Virus record (IMG/VR): IMGVR_UViG_2585427767_000007
Direction: 5' to 3' (one strand)
DNA from: a virus
Taxonomy: Duplodnaviria > Heunggongvirae > Uroviricota > Caudoviricetes > Peduoviridae
DNA length: 34,558 nucleotides
The notes under the pieces were generated by a model. The model saw only the letters and a program-made list of their open reading frames with translations. It was not told the DNA's origin and did not search any database. Made by a program: the position numbers and the translations under genes. Every line of letters starts with the position of its first letter. Positions within the stretch are counted from its first letter, which is position 1. Of this stretch, positions 8,389-17,512 are shown in pieces.

Positions 8389-10372
8389 CGAAGTTTTATC
8401 GCATGTTGATGAAAAAACACATACTTATGAGATGCTGGTTAGCTTGAGTGTTCTGGGGCATCTGGGGATCAATCTATATAGCAATGTTGCGGCAGTGATT
8501 ACGGAAACAGTAGCTAATGCATGGGATGCAGATGCTACAGAAGTGCATATAAAACTTTCTCCTGACAGAATCACTATTTCGGATAATGGTTTTGGAATGA
8601 CCATTCATGATATGAATTCGAAATATCTAACAGTTGGCTATCAAAAAAGAAATGATAAAAGCCAGCTATTAACTCCCAAGGGACGACTACCCATGGGCAG
8701 AAAAGGTATTGGTAAGTTATCTTTATTTTCTATTGCAAAAACTGTAACGGTTGAATCAATCAAGGATGGAGAACGACATGGTTTAGTTATGGAAGTTCCA
8801 AAAATAGAGCATGCAATCAAAAGTGGGGCTGGTAGATATTATCCAGAACCTTTGGATTCTGCTCAACTTTCTGTGAGTCAAGGAACATTAGTAACATTGC
8901 GTGATCTAAATCGATCTCGCATACCTGCCACTGCAACCGCTTTGCGTAAAAAGTTAGCAAGGCGTTTTTCTGTTATTGGTAGTAATGATTTTAGGGTCTT
9001 CGTTGATGGTGTAGAAGTAACAGCAAAGGAACGTGAGGACCTAAAACATGTTCAGTTCGTATGGGATATTAACTCGGGGGTAGATTTTAAAAAAGAATGT
9101 CCGGGGTTAATAACTGTAACTGACATTTCATCATTTTTGACAGAAAGTCAATTATTTAATCCTGAATGGAGCATTAAAGGGTGGATTGGTAGTATAAAAC
9201 AGCCTAGTCAGTTGAATACACCTGAAGGAAATCTAAATAGCATTGTTGTTTTATCTAGAGGTCGATTGTTTCAAGAGAACATTTTAGATGATATAAACGA
9301 TGGTGGGATATACACAAAGTATCTTACAGGGCAACTTGAGGCAGACTTCCTTGATACAGATGAAGATGAAGATATTGCAACAAGTGATAGACAACGAGTT
9401 GTTGAAGATGACCCTCGTTATCAATATTTGAAATCATTGGTTAAGATTGCCCTGAGAAAGGTTGCTGGTCAATGGAGCTCACTACGAGAAAAGCAAGGAG
9501 CAAAGGAAGCTAAAGAATCGAATCCGGTACTTGCGGAGTGGATCGGTTCATTAAAACCTGCTTCCCGAGGCTATGCAGAAAAAATGATCGCTCAAATTGA
9601 ATCGTTGCCTTTGGAGGATAAACCACAAGAGAAGAAGGAACTCTTTAAGCATGCAATTTTTGCATTTGAGCGCTTGCGTATTAAGGAAATGTCGCAGGAG
9701 CTAGCTGATGCTGTATTTTTTAATGCAGAAAAATTATTGCCATTGCTTGAGAAACAAGACGATTTAGAGGCAACATTATATTATGAGATAGCTAAGAGTC
9801 GTGTAGATGTTATTCAAAGCTTCAAAGGCCTAGTCGATAACGATGAAAAAGAAAAAGTATTGCAACGTTATCTTTTTGAACACCTTTGGTTATTAGACCC
9901 ATCATGGGAAAGAATTGATGGTTCTCCAATAATGGAGTCGCGTGTTAACCAAGAGTGGGACAAGATTGATGCTGGCCTGAGTGAAGAAGAGAAGAAAGGT
10001 CGTATGGATATAAAATATCGCTCATCTGCAGGTAAGCATATTATCATTGAACTTAAGAGAGCTAGCGTATTGACTTCTGTTGCAAATCTAGTCAGTCAGG
10101 GGAATAAGTACAGGCAGGCAGTAATTAAGTGTGCAAAAGCTGTTGACCCGGCCTCAACACCATCAATTGATGTGATTTTTGTCCTTGGTCGAGAGCCATC
10201 AGATTATGCGTTAGACCCATCTTATACTAACCTTCAGCTACAGTCAGTGAATGGTCGGATTGTTTATTATGATGGGCTAATTAATAGCGCACAGAGCTCG
10301 TATAGAGAATATACAGAGAGGCAGGCTACTGTTGCAAGGATTGCTGAAATCGTTAAAAAACTAGATGACTAG
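8375..10372 (+). CDS. GHKL/HATPase_c-type ATPase (665 aa) with C-terminal PD-(D/E)xK-like nuclease motif; candidate restriction/defence effector
   Basis: Bergerat-fold motifs near the N-terminus: N-box ETVANAWDA (ExxxNAxDA), G1 box DNGFGM, G2 box GRKGIGKLS. C-terminal region has D...ExK pattern (GRMDIKY...HIIIELKR). ATG 8375 overlaps the MTase stop by 14 nt with AGGAG upstream. Low GC. Confidence 0.8.
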   Translation: MAEHSEVLSHVDEKTHTYEMLVSLSVLGHLGINLYSNVAAVITETVANAWDADATEVHIKLSPDRITISDNGFGMTIHDMNSKYLTVGYQKRNDKSQLLTPKGRLPMGRKGIGKLSLFSIAKTVTVESIKDGERHGLVMEVPKIEHAIKSGAGRYYPEPLDSAQLSVSQGTLVTLRDLNRSRIPATATALRKKLARRFSVIGSNDFRVFVDGVEVTAKEREDLKHVQFVWDINSGVDFKKECPGLITVTDISSFLTESQLFNPEWSIKGWIGSIKQPSQLNTPEGNLNSIVVLSRGRLFQENILDDINDGGIYTKYLTGQLEADFLDTDEDEDIATSDRQRVVEDDPRYQYLKSLVKIALRKVAGQWSSLREKQGAKEAKESNPVLAEWIGSLKPASRGYAEKMIAQIESLPLEDKPQEKKELFKHAIFAFERLRIKEMSQELADAVFFNAEKLLPLLEKQDDLEATLYYEIAKSRVDVIQSFKGLVDNDEKEKVLQRYLFEHLWLLDPSWERIDGSPIMESRVNQEWDKIDAGLSEEEKKGRMDIKYRSSAGKHIIIELKRASVLTSVANLVSQGNKYRQAVIKCAKAVDPASTPSIDVIFVLGREPSDYALDPSYTNLQLQSVNGRIVYYDGLINSAQSSYREYTERQATVARIAEIVKKLDD

Positions 10373-10443
10373 TTTTTAACACTTAAGGATGCCTATATAT
10401 GCTGCATGGATCTGCATGACCATTTGAATAATTTTTTTGTTAA

Positions 10444-10468
10444 GGCCCGTCAGAATTGGCGGGCTTTT
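10444..10468 (+). terminator. Possible intrinsic terminator after the cargo operon
   Basis: GCCCG ... CGGGC stem followed by TTTT, about 70 nt after the ATPase stop. Stem is short and the loop long, so weak. Confidence 0.35.
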
Positions 10469-10513
10469 GCTTAACTTATAGATGTGCATGAAAATATCTC
10501 CATGAAGCGGGCG

Positions 10514-10532
10514 GGCGAGGCGGGGAAAGCAC
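10514..10532. other. Candidate cos site (19-nt cohesive-end sequence of P2-type phages)
   Basis: GGCGAGGCGGGGAAAGCAC matches my recollection of the P2 cohesive end, and lies where cos is expected in a P2 prophage (between the old/tin-position cargo and the 3' end of Q). Confidence 0.55.
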
Positions 10533-10674
10533 TGCGCGCTGGCGGGGGTGCTGATTTTATTTTTTCAGCGTCTGAGCGCGTCGTGAAGGCGTTTACTTGG
10601 CCTGCTGGGGCGTTGGTGTGTCTGCGGGATTTTTTGTGCGGTGATGAGCGTGTGAGGGCGTGATGACGGGGTGT

Positions 10675-10696
10675 AAAAAAGCCGCCCGCAGGCGGC
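10675..10696 (-). terminator. Rho-independent terminator of the Q-P operon
   Basis: On the minus strand, GCCGCC-tgcg-GGCGGC hairpin followed by TTTTTT, starting 5 nt after the Q stop codon. Confidence 0.7.
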
Positions 10697-10701
10697 GATG
10701 T

Positions 10702-11736
10702 TCAGCCGTTGTCAGTGTCCAGTGAGTAGTTTTTAAAGCGGATGACCTCCTGACCGAGCCAGCCGTTTATTTCCCGAATCCTGTCCTGTAGCGGGATAAG
10801 TTCATTGCGGACAAAGACCTTTGCCACTTTCTCAATATCACCCAGAGACCCGACGTTCTCCGGCTTGCCGCCCATCAACTGAAAGGGGATGCGGTGTGCG
10901 TCCAGCAGGTCAGCGGCGCTGGCTTTTTTGATATTAAAAAAATCGTCCTTCGTCGCCACTTCACTGAGCGGGATAATTTTAATGCCGTCGGCTTTCCCCT
11001 GTGGGGCATAGAGAAACAGGTTTTTAAAGTTATTGCGGCCTTTCGACTTCACCATGTTTTCGCGAAGCATTTCGATATCGTTGCGGTCCTGCACGGCATC
11101 GGTGACGTACATGATGTATCCGGCATGCGCGCCGTTTTCGTAATACTTGCGGCGGAACAGCGTGGCCGACTCATTCAGCCAGGCAGAGTTAAGGGCGCTG
11201 AGATATTCCGGCAGGCCGTACAGCTCCTGATTAATATCCGGCTCCAGCAGGTGAAACACGGAACCGGGCGCGAAAGGTGTCGGCTCGTTGAAGGACGGCA
11301 CCCACCAGTAAACATCCTCCTCCACGCCACGGCGGGGATATTTTGCCGGGGAGGTTTCCAGTCTGATGATCTTACCGGTGGTGCTGTAACGCTTTTCCAG
11401 AAACGCATTACCGAACACCAGAAAATCCAGCACAAAGCGGCTGAAATCCTGTTGCGAAAGCCACGGATGCGGGATAAATGTCGAGGCCAGAATATTGCGT
11501 TTAACGTAAATCGGTGAGCTGTGATGCACGGCAGCACGCAGGCTTTTCGCCAGACCGGTAAAGCTGACCGGCGGCTCATACCATCTGCCGTTACTGATGC
11601 ACTCGACGTAATCCAGAATGTCACGGCGGTCGAGTACCGGCACCGGCTCACCAAAGGTGAATGCCTCCATTTTCGGGGCGCTGGCGGTCATTTTTTTTGC
11701 CGCAGGTTGCGGTGTTTTCCCTTTTTTCTTGCTCAT
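10702..11736 (-). CDS. Q: Portal protein gpQ
   Basis: 344-aa minus-strand ORF at the canonical position next to cos; matches remembered P2 gpQ size. Start ATG overlaps the terminase stop by 1 nt. Confidence 0.9.
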   Translation of the reverse strand: MSKKKGKTPQPAAKKMTASAPKMEAFTFGEPVPVLDRRDILDYVECISNGRWYEPPVSFTGLAKSLRAAVHHSSPIYVKRNILASTFIPHPWLSQQDFSRFVLDFLVFGNAFLEKRYSTTGKIIRLETSPAKYPRRGVEEDVYWWVPSFNEPTPFAPGSVFHLLEPDINQELYGLPEYLSALNSAWLNESATLFRRKYYENGAHAGYIMYVTDAVQDRNDIEMLRENMVKSKGRNNFKNLFLYAPQGKADGIKIIPLSEVATKDDFFNIKKASAADLLDAHRIPFQLMGGKPENVGSLGDIEKVAKVFVRNELIPLQDRIREINGWLGQEVIRFKNYSLDTDNG

Positions 11737-13508
11737 CAGTAAAACTCCAGAATGGTGGATGTCAGCGGGGTGCTGATACCGGCGGTGAGTGGCTCATTTA
11801 ACAGGGCGTGCATGGTCGCCCAGGCGAGGTCGGCGTGGCTGGCTTCCTCGCTGCGGCTGGCCTCATAAGTGGCGCTGCGTCCGCTGCTGGTCATGGTCTT
11901 GCGGATAGCCATAAACGAGCTGGTGATGTCGGTGGCGCTGACGTCATATTCCAGACAGCCACGGCGGATGACGTCTTTTGCCTTGAGCACCATTGCGGTT
12001 TTCATTTCCGGCGTGTAGCGGATATCGCGCGCGGCGGGATAGAACGAGCGCACGAGCTGGAACACGCCGACACCGAGGCCGGTGGCATCAATACCGATGT
12101 ATTCGACGTTGTATTTTTCGGTGAGTTTGCGGATGGATTCCGCCTGAGTGGCAAAGTCCATGCCTTTCCACTGGTGACGCTCAAGTATTCTGAATTTGCC
12201 ACCGGCCACCACCGGCGGTGCCAGTACCACGCATCCGGCGCTGTCGCCACGGTGTGACGGGTCGTAACCAATCCAGACCGGGCGGGAGCCGAACGGATTG
12301 GCGGCAAACGGCGCATAGTCTTCCCATTCTTCCAGCGTGTCGACCATGCAGCGTTGCAGCTCCTCGAACGGGAACACCGACGCCTTGTCGTCAACAAATT
12401 CACACATGAACAGGTTTTTAAAATCGTCGGCGCTGTTTTCGCGTTTGAGCTGTTCAATGTCGAACAGCGTGCAGCCACCTTTCAGGGCGTCCTCAATGGT
12501 GACAATCTGCCGCCACTGGCCGTCCGCACAGAGAAGCCCACCGGCAAGGGCGTTATGACTGACGTCGATTTCCACGCGTTCGGCGGCGCTGGCGCGTCCC
12601 CGGTTGAACAGTTCACCTGACCAGAACGGGTAGGCGTCGTGCGCCAGCGTGGACGGGGTGGAGAAATAGGTCGAGCGCAGGTGACTCTGTGAGGCCATAC
12701 CTGATGCCACCTTACGCAGTACCTGAAAATTCGGGATCCAGAAAATCTCGTCGACGTACAGGTCGCCGTTATGGCTCTGTGCGGTGTTGGAGTTGGTGCC
12801 GAGAAAAATCAGTTTTGCGCCGTTATTGCCCAGGACAATCGGGTCACCGGTCAGGTCAACGTCAACCAGCCGGGCAAAGGCGATGATGTATTCGCGGAAC
12901 ACATACGCCTGCGTTTTACTGGCCGACAGAAAAATCTGGTTATGGCCGGTTTTCAGGGCGCGCAGCAGCGCCTCGCGGGAAAAATAAAACGTCGCGCCAA
13001 TCTGGCGGGATTTCAGGATATCGCGGATGCGGTGCTCAAGCCCGGCGCGATACCAGTGCAACTGATAGTCGAAAGACTGCTCAAAGAAAATCTGCTCCAG
13101 CTTTTCGATGGCCTCGTCACTGAAAAAATTTTTTTTCGGTTTGCGCCGCCCGCCTTTGTTGCGGTTAGCGACGTTCGGATTAAGGTCTGCCTCGTTGCCG
13201 GTCTGGCTGTAACGATTTACCCGTGCCAGTCGTTCAATCTGGCGTCCCAGCAGGTCAATTTCCTTGAAGTCACCGCCGGTTTTCTGCGGTTTGATGATGA
13301 GCTGGGTCAGCCGCGCTTCCAGGCTCATTTCGACACGGCTGATGGGGGCAACATTGTCCCAGCCGTCGCGCTGTTTCCAGCTCTGCACTGTCGGGCGTTT
13401 CATCTGCAACATGGCGGCAATCTGCGGCACGGAAAATCCCTGCCAGTACAGCAGCGCCGCCTGACGACGCGGGTCGTGTAAAAGAGTGGTGTCTGTGGTG
13501 ATGGTCAT
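11736..13508 (-). CDS. P: Terminase large (ATPase) subunit gpP
   Basis: Minus-strand ORF. The track start at 13538 is a TTG; the in-frame ATG at 13506-13508 (MTITTDTTLL...) gives 590 aa, matching remembered P2 gpP size. Confidence 0.9.
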   Translation of the reverse strand: MTITTDTTLLHDPRRQAALLYWQGFSVPQIAAMLQMKRPTVQSWKQRDGWDNVAPISRVEMSLEARLTQLIIKPQKTGGDFKEIDLLGRQIERLARVNRYSQTGNEADLNPNVANRNKGGRRKPKKNFFSDEAIEKLEQIFFEQSFDYQLHWYRAGLEHRIRDILKSRQIGATFYFSREALLRALKTGHNQIFLSASKTQAYVFREYIIAFARLVDVDLTGDPIVLGNNGAKLIFLGTNSNTAQSHNGDLYVDEIFWIPNFQVLRKVASGMASQSHLRSTYFSTPSTLAHDAYPFWSGELFNRGRASAAERVEIDVSHNALAGGLLCADGQWRQIVTIEDALKGGCTLFDIEQLKRENSADDFKNLFMCEFVDDKASVFPFEELQRCMVDTLEEWEDYAPFAANPFGSRPVWIGYDPSHRGDSAGCVVLAPPVVAGGKFRILERHQWKGMDFATQAESIRKLTEKYNVEYIGIDATGLGVGVFQLVRSFYPAARDIRYTPEMKTAMVLKAKDVIRRGCLEYDVSATDITSSFMAIRKTMTSSGRSATYEASRSEEASHADLAWATMHALLNEPLTAGISTPLTSTILEFY

Positions 13509-13681
13509 GAATACCTCGCCGTGATGAATACACGGCAAGGCTACTGAGTCGCGCCCTGCGATTCGCTAAGGTGCTGTTGTGTCAGTGATAAGCCATCCGG
13601 GACTGATGGCGGAGGATGCGCATCGTCGGGAAACTGATGCCGACATGTGACTCCTCTAATCACTATTCAGGACTCCTGACA
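13509..13681. promoter_or_regulatory. Divergent intergenic region between P (leftward) and O (rightward); expected location of Ogr-dependent late promoters
   Basis: In P2 this interval carries the divergent late promoters PP and PO. Here it contains a 5-bp inverted repeat TCAGT-N15-ACTGA (about 13581-13605). I could not find a clean TGT-N12-ACA dyad. Confidence 0.4.
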
Positions 13682-14536
13682 ATGGCAAAAAAAGTCTCAA
13701 AATTCTTTCGTATCGGCGTTGAGGGTGACACCTGTGACGGGCGTGTCATCAGTGCGCAGGATATTCAGGAAATGGCTGAAACCTTTGACCCGCGTGTCTA
13801 CGGTTGCCGCATTAACCTGGAACATCTGCGCGGCATCCTGCCTGACGGTATTTTTAAACGTTATGGCGATGTGGCCGAACTTAAGGCCGAAAAGATTGAC
13901 GATGATTCGGCGCTGAAAGGCAAATGGGCGCTGTTTGCGAAAATCACCCCGACCGATGACCTTATCGCGATGAACAAGGCCGCGCAGAAGGTCTACACCT
14001 CAATGGAAATTCAGCCGAACTTTGCCAACACCGGCAAATGTTATCTGGTGGGTCTGGCCGTCACCGATGACCCGGCAAGCCTCGGCACGGAATACCTGGA
14101 ATTCTGCCGCACGGCAAAACACAACCCCCTGAACCGCTTCAAATTAAGCCCTGAAAACCTGATTTCAGTGGCAACGCCTGTTGAGCTGGAATTTGAAGAC
14201 CTGCCTGAAACAGTGTTCACCGCCCTGACCGAAAAGGTGAAGTCCATTTTTGGCCGCAAACAGGCCAGCGATGATGCCCGTCTGAATGACGTGCATGAAG
14301 CGGTGACCGCTGTTGCTGAACATGTGCAGGAAAAACTGAGCGCCACTGAGCAGCGCCTCGCTGAGATGGAAACCGCCTTTTCCGCACTTAAGCAGGAGGT
14401 GACTGACAGGGCGGATGAAACCAGCCAGGCATTCACCCGCCTGAAAAACAGCCTCGACCACACCGAAAGTCTGACCCAGCAGCGCCGCAGCAAGGCCACC
14501 GGCGGTGGCGGTGACGCCCTGATGACGAACTGCTGA
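13682..14536 (+). CDS. O: Capsid scaffolding protein gpO
   Basis: In-frame ATG at 13682 (MAKKVSKFF...) gives 284 aa, the remembered P2 gpO size; the track ORF starts further upstream at 13616. Coiled-coil-rich C-terminus. Confidence 0.85.
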   Translation: MAKKVSKFFRIGVEGDTCDGRVISAQDIQEMAETFDPRVYGCRINLEHLRGILPDGIFKRYGDVAELKAEKIDDDSALKGKWALFAKITPTDDLIAMNKAAQKVYTSMEIQPNFANTGKCYLVGLAVTDDPASLGTEYLEFCRTAKHNPLNRFKLSPENLISVATPVELEFEDLPETVFTALTEKVKSIFGRKQASDDARLNDVHEAVTAVAEHVQEKLSATEQRLAEMETAFSALKQEVTDRADETSQAFTRLKNSLDHTESLTQQRRSKATGGGGDALMTNC

Positions 14537-14594
14537 CCGGCGTCAGTCAGTCCGGGAAAACCTTCACGATTAACCCTTAATTTCAGGAAAAACT

Positions 14595-15668
14595 ATGCGC
14601 CAGGAAACCCGCTTTAAATTTAATGCCTATCTGTCCCGTGTTGCCGAACTGAACGGCATCGACGCCGGTGATGTGTCGAAAAAATTCACCGTTGAACCGT
14701 CGGTCACCCAGACCCTGATGAACACCATGCAGGAGTCCTCTGATTTTCTGACCCGCATCAACATTGTGCCGGTCAGCGAAATGAAAGGGGAAAAAATTGG
14801 TATTGGTGTCACCGGCTCCATCGCCAGCACCACCGACACCGCCGGTGGCACCGAGCGTCAGCCGAAGGACTTCTCGAAGCTGGCGTCAAACAAGTACGAA
14901 TGCGACCAGATTAACTTCGATTTTTATATCCGCTACAAAACGCTGGACCTGTGGGCGCGTTATCAGGATTTCCAGCTCCGTGTCCGTAACGCCATTATCA
15001 AGCGTCAGTCCCTTGATTTCATCATGGCCGGTTTTAACGGCGTGAAGCGTGCCGAAAACTCTGACCGCAGCAGTAATCCGATGCTGCAGGATGTGGCGGT
15101 CGGCTGGCTGCAGAAATACCGCAATGAAGCCCCGGCGCGCGTGATGAGCAAGGTCACTGACGAGGAAGGTCACACGACCTCTGAGGTCATCCGCGTGGGT
15201 AAGGGCGGTGATTATGCCAGCCTTGATGCACTGGTGATGGATGCGACCAACAACCTGATTGAACCGTGGTATCAGGAAGACCCTGACCTTGTGGTGATTG
15301 TGGGGCGTCAGCTACTGGCGGACAAGTATTTCCCCATCGTTAACAAGGAGCAGGACAACAGCGAAATGCTGGCCGCTGACGTCATCATCAGCCAGAAACG
15401 CATCGGTAACCTGCCGGCGGTACGCGTCCCGTACTTCCCGGCGGATGCGATGCTCATCACGAAGCTGGAAAACCTGTCCATCTACTACATGGATGACAGC
15501 CATCGCCGCGTGATTGTGGAAAACCCGAAACTCGACCGCGTGGAGAACTACGAGTCAATGAACATTGATTACGTGGTGGAAGACTACGCCGCCGGTTGTC
15601 TGGTGGAAAAAATTAAGGTCGGTGATTTCTCCACACCGGCTAAGGCGACCGCAGAGCCGGGAGCGTAA
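14595..15668 (+). CDS. N: Major capsid protein gpN
   Basis: 357-aa ORF directly after O; size and position match P2 gpN. Confidence 0.9.
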   Translation: MRQETRFKFNAYLSRVAELNGIDAGDVSKKFTVEPSVTQTLMNTMQESSDFLTRINIVPVSEMKGEKIGIGVTGSIASTTDTAGGTERQPKDFSKLASNKYECDQINFDFYIRYKTLDLWARYQDFQLRVRNAIIKRQSLDFIMAGFNGVKRAENSDRSSNPMLQDVAVGWLQKYRNEAPARVMSKVTDEEGHTTSEVIRVGKGGDYASLDALVMDATNNLIEPWYQEDPDLVVIVGRQLLADKYFPIVNKEQDNSEMLAADVIISQKRIGNLPAVRVPYFPADAMLITKLENLSIYYMDDSHRRVIVENPKLDRVENYESMNIDYVVEDYAAGCLVEKIKVGDFSTPAKATAEPGA

Positions 15669-15671
15669 CCG

Positions 15672-16415
15672 ATGACGAGTCCCGCACAGCGCCACATGAT
15701 GCGGGTCTCGGCAGCGATGACCGCGCAGCGGGAAGCCGCCCCGCTGCGACATGCAACTGTCTATGAGCAGATGCTGGTCAAGCTGGCCGCAGACCAGCGC
15801 ACACTGAAAGCGATTTATTCAAAAGAGCTGAAGGCCGCGAAAAAGCGCGAACTGCTGCCGTTCTGGTTGCCGTGGGTGAACGGCGTGCTGGAGCAGGGCA
15901 AAGGCGCACAGGATGACATTCTGATGACGGTCATGCTGTGGCGTCTGGATACCGGCGATATTGCCGGTGCGCTGGAGATTGCCCGTTATGCCCTGAAATA
16001 CGGTCTGACCATGCCGGGTAAACACCGCCGCACCCCGCCGTATATGTTCACCGAGGAGGTCGCGCTCGCGGCCATGCGCGCCCACGCGGCCGGTGAGTCT
16101 GTGGATACCCGCCTGCTGACGGAGACCCTTGAACTGACTGCCGCTGCTGACATGCCTGATGAAGTGCGCGCAAAGCTGCACAAAATCACCGGTCTGTTAC
16201 TGCGTGACGGCGGTGATGCCGCAGGTGCGCTGGCGCACCTGCAACGTGCGACACAGCTCGACTGTCAGGCAGGCGTCAAAAAAGAGATTGAACGACTGGA
16301 GCGGGAGCTGAAACCGAAGCCGGAGCCGCAGCCCAAAGCGGCCACCCGCGCCCCGCGTAAGACCCGGAGTGTGACACCGGCAAAACGTGGACGCCCGAAA
16401 AAGAAAGCCAGTTAA
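15672..16415 (+). CDS. M: Terminase small/endonuclease subunit gpM
   Basis: 247-aa ORF with basic C-terminal tail (KRGRPKKKAS); size and position match P2 gpM. Confidence 0.85.
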   Translation: MTSPAQRHMMRVSAAMTAQREAAPLRHATVYEQMLVKLAADQRTLKAIYSKELKAAKKRELLPFWLPWVNGVLEQGKGAQDDILMTVMLWRLDTGDIAGALEIARYALKYGLTMPGKHRRTPPYMFTEEVALAAMRAHAAGESVDTRLLTETLELTAAADMPDEVRAKLHKITGLLLRDGGDAAGALAHLQRATQLDCQAGVKKEIERLERELKPKPEPQPKAATRAPRKTRSVTPAKRGRPKKKAS

Positions 16416-16514
16416 CAACCGAATGCGCCCCGCGCCAGGGCGGCACGCCGGTCAGTGAGGGTGAATCACCTGACACTGCACCGGCGTCCACCGCCCGACT
16501 TTTCAGAGGTAGTC

Positions 16515-17024
16515 ATGATGACGCTGATTATTCCGCGAAAGGAGGCTCCTGTATCCGGTGAGGGTACGGTGGTCATCCCGCAACCGGCAGACGACGAGCC
16601 GGTGATTAAAAACACGTTCTTTTTTCCCGATATCGACCCGAAGCGCGTCCGGGAACGTATGCGCCTTGAGCAGACCGTCGCCCCCGCCCGTCTGCGTGAG
16701 GCCATCAAGTCAGGCATGGCGGAGACGAATGCGGAGCTGTACGAGTACCGTGAACAGAAAATTGCCGCCGGTTTTACGCGTCTGGCGGACGTCCCTGCGG
16801 ACGACATCGACGGTGAAAGCATCAAAGTTTTTTACTACGAGCGCGCCGTGTGTGCGATGGCGACCGCGTCGCTTTATGAGCGTTACCGCGGCGTGGATGC
16901 CAGTGCGAAAGGCGACAAGAAGGCCGACAGCATTGACAGCACCATTGATGAGCTGTGGCGGGATATGCGCTGGGCGGTGGCGCGTATCCAGGACAAGCCG
17001 CGCTGCATCGTGAGTCAAATCTGA
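16515..17024 (+). CDS. L: Head completion/stabilisation protein gpL
   Basis: ATG 16515 with AGAGG Shine-Dalgarno gives 169 aa, matching P2 gpL; the track start at 16455 is an upstream extension. Confidence 0.85.
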   Translation: MMTLIIPRKEAPVSGEGTVVIPQPADDEPVIKNTFFFPDIDPKRVRERMRLEQTVAPARLREAIKSGMAETNAELYEYREQKIAAGFTRLADVPADDIDGESIKVFYYERAVCAMATASLYERYRGVDASAKGDKKADSIDSTIDELWRDMRWAVARIQDKPRCIVSQI

Positions 17025-17227
17025 TGAAGACCTTTGCGCTACAGGGCGACACGCTCGACGCCATTTGTGTCCGCTATTACGGGCGCACTGAGGGCGTGGT
17101 CGAGGCCGTGCTCGCCGCAAATCCGGGACTGGCTGAACTGGGGGCGGTGCTGCCACACGGCACCGCCGTCGAACTGCCCGACGTTCAGACCGCGCCCGTG
17201 GCTGAAACTGTCAATCTGTGGGAGTAA
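17024..17227 (+). CDS. X: Tail protein gpX (small, LysM-like)
   Basis: ATG 17024 overlaps the L stop; 67 aa, matching P2 gpX. The track ORF starting at 16955 is an upstream extension. Confidence 0.8.
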   Translation: MKTFALQGDTLDAICVRYYGRTEGVVEAVLAANPGLAELGAVLPHGTAVELPDVQTAPVAETVNLWE

Positions 17228-17230
17228 CGC

Positions 17231-17512
17231 ATGACAGCAGAAGAAAAAAGCGTCCTGTCGCTTTTCATGATTGGGGTGCTGATTGTTGTCGGCAAGGTGC
17301 TTGCCGGTGGTGAACCCATCACCCCGCGTCTGTTTATCGGGCGCATGTTGCTCGGTGGTTTTGTCTCGATGGTTGCCGGTGTTGTTCTGGTGCAGTTTCC
17401 TGACCTGTCACTGCCTGCGGTGTGCGGCATCGGCTCCATGCTGGGTATCGCCGGTTATCAGGTGATTGAGATTGCCATTCAGCGCCGCTTTAAGGGCAGG
17501 GGGAAACCGTAA
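17231..17512 (+). CDS. Y: Holin gpY
   Basis: 93 aa with hydrophobic transmembrane segments and a charged C-terminus (RRFKGRGKP); GGAG Shine-Dalgarno. Size equals P2 gpY. Confidence 0.8.
   Translation: MTAEEKSVLSLFMIGVLIVVGKVLAGGEPITPRLFIGRMLLGGFVSMVAGVVLVQFPDLSLPAVCGIGSMLGIAGYQVIEIAIQRRFKGRGKP

Noticed and set aside
10894-13481. Multiple long ORFs in the track that overlap Q and P on the opposite strand or in other frames (for example 10894-11517 +, 11175-11654 -, 12771-13481 +, 12002-12478 -)
   Set aside because: They lie entirely within the well-supported portal and terminase genes, have no ribosome-binding sites and are typical shadow ORFs of GC-rich coding sequence.
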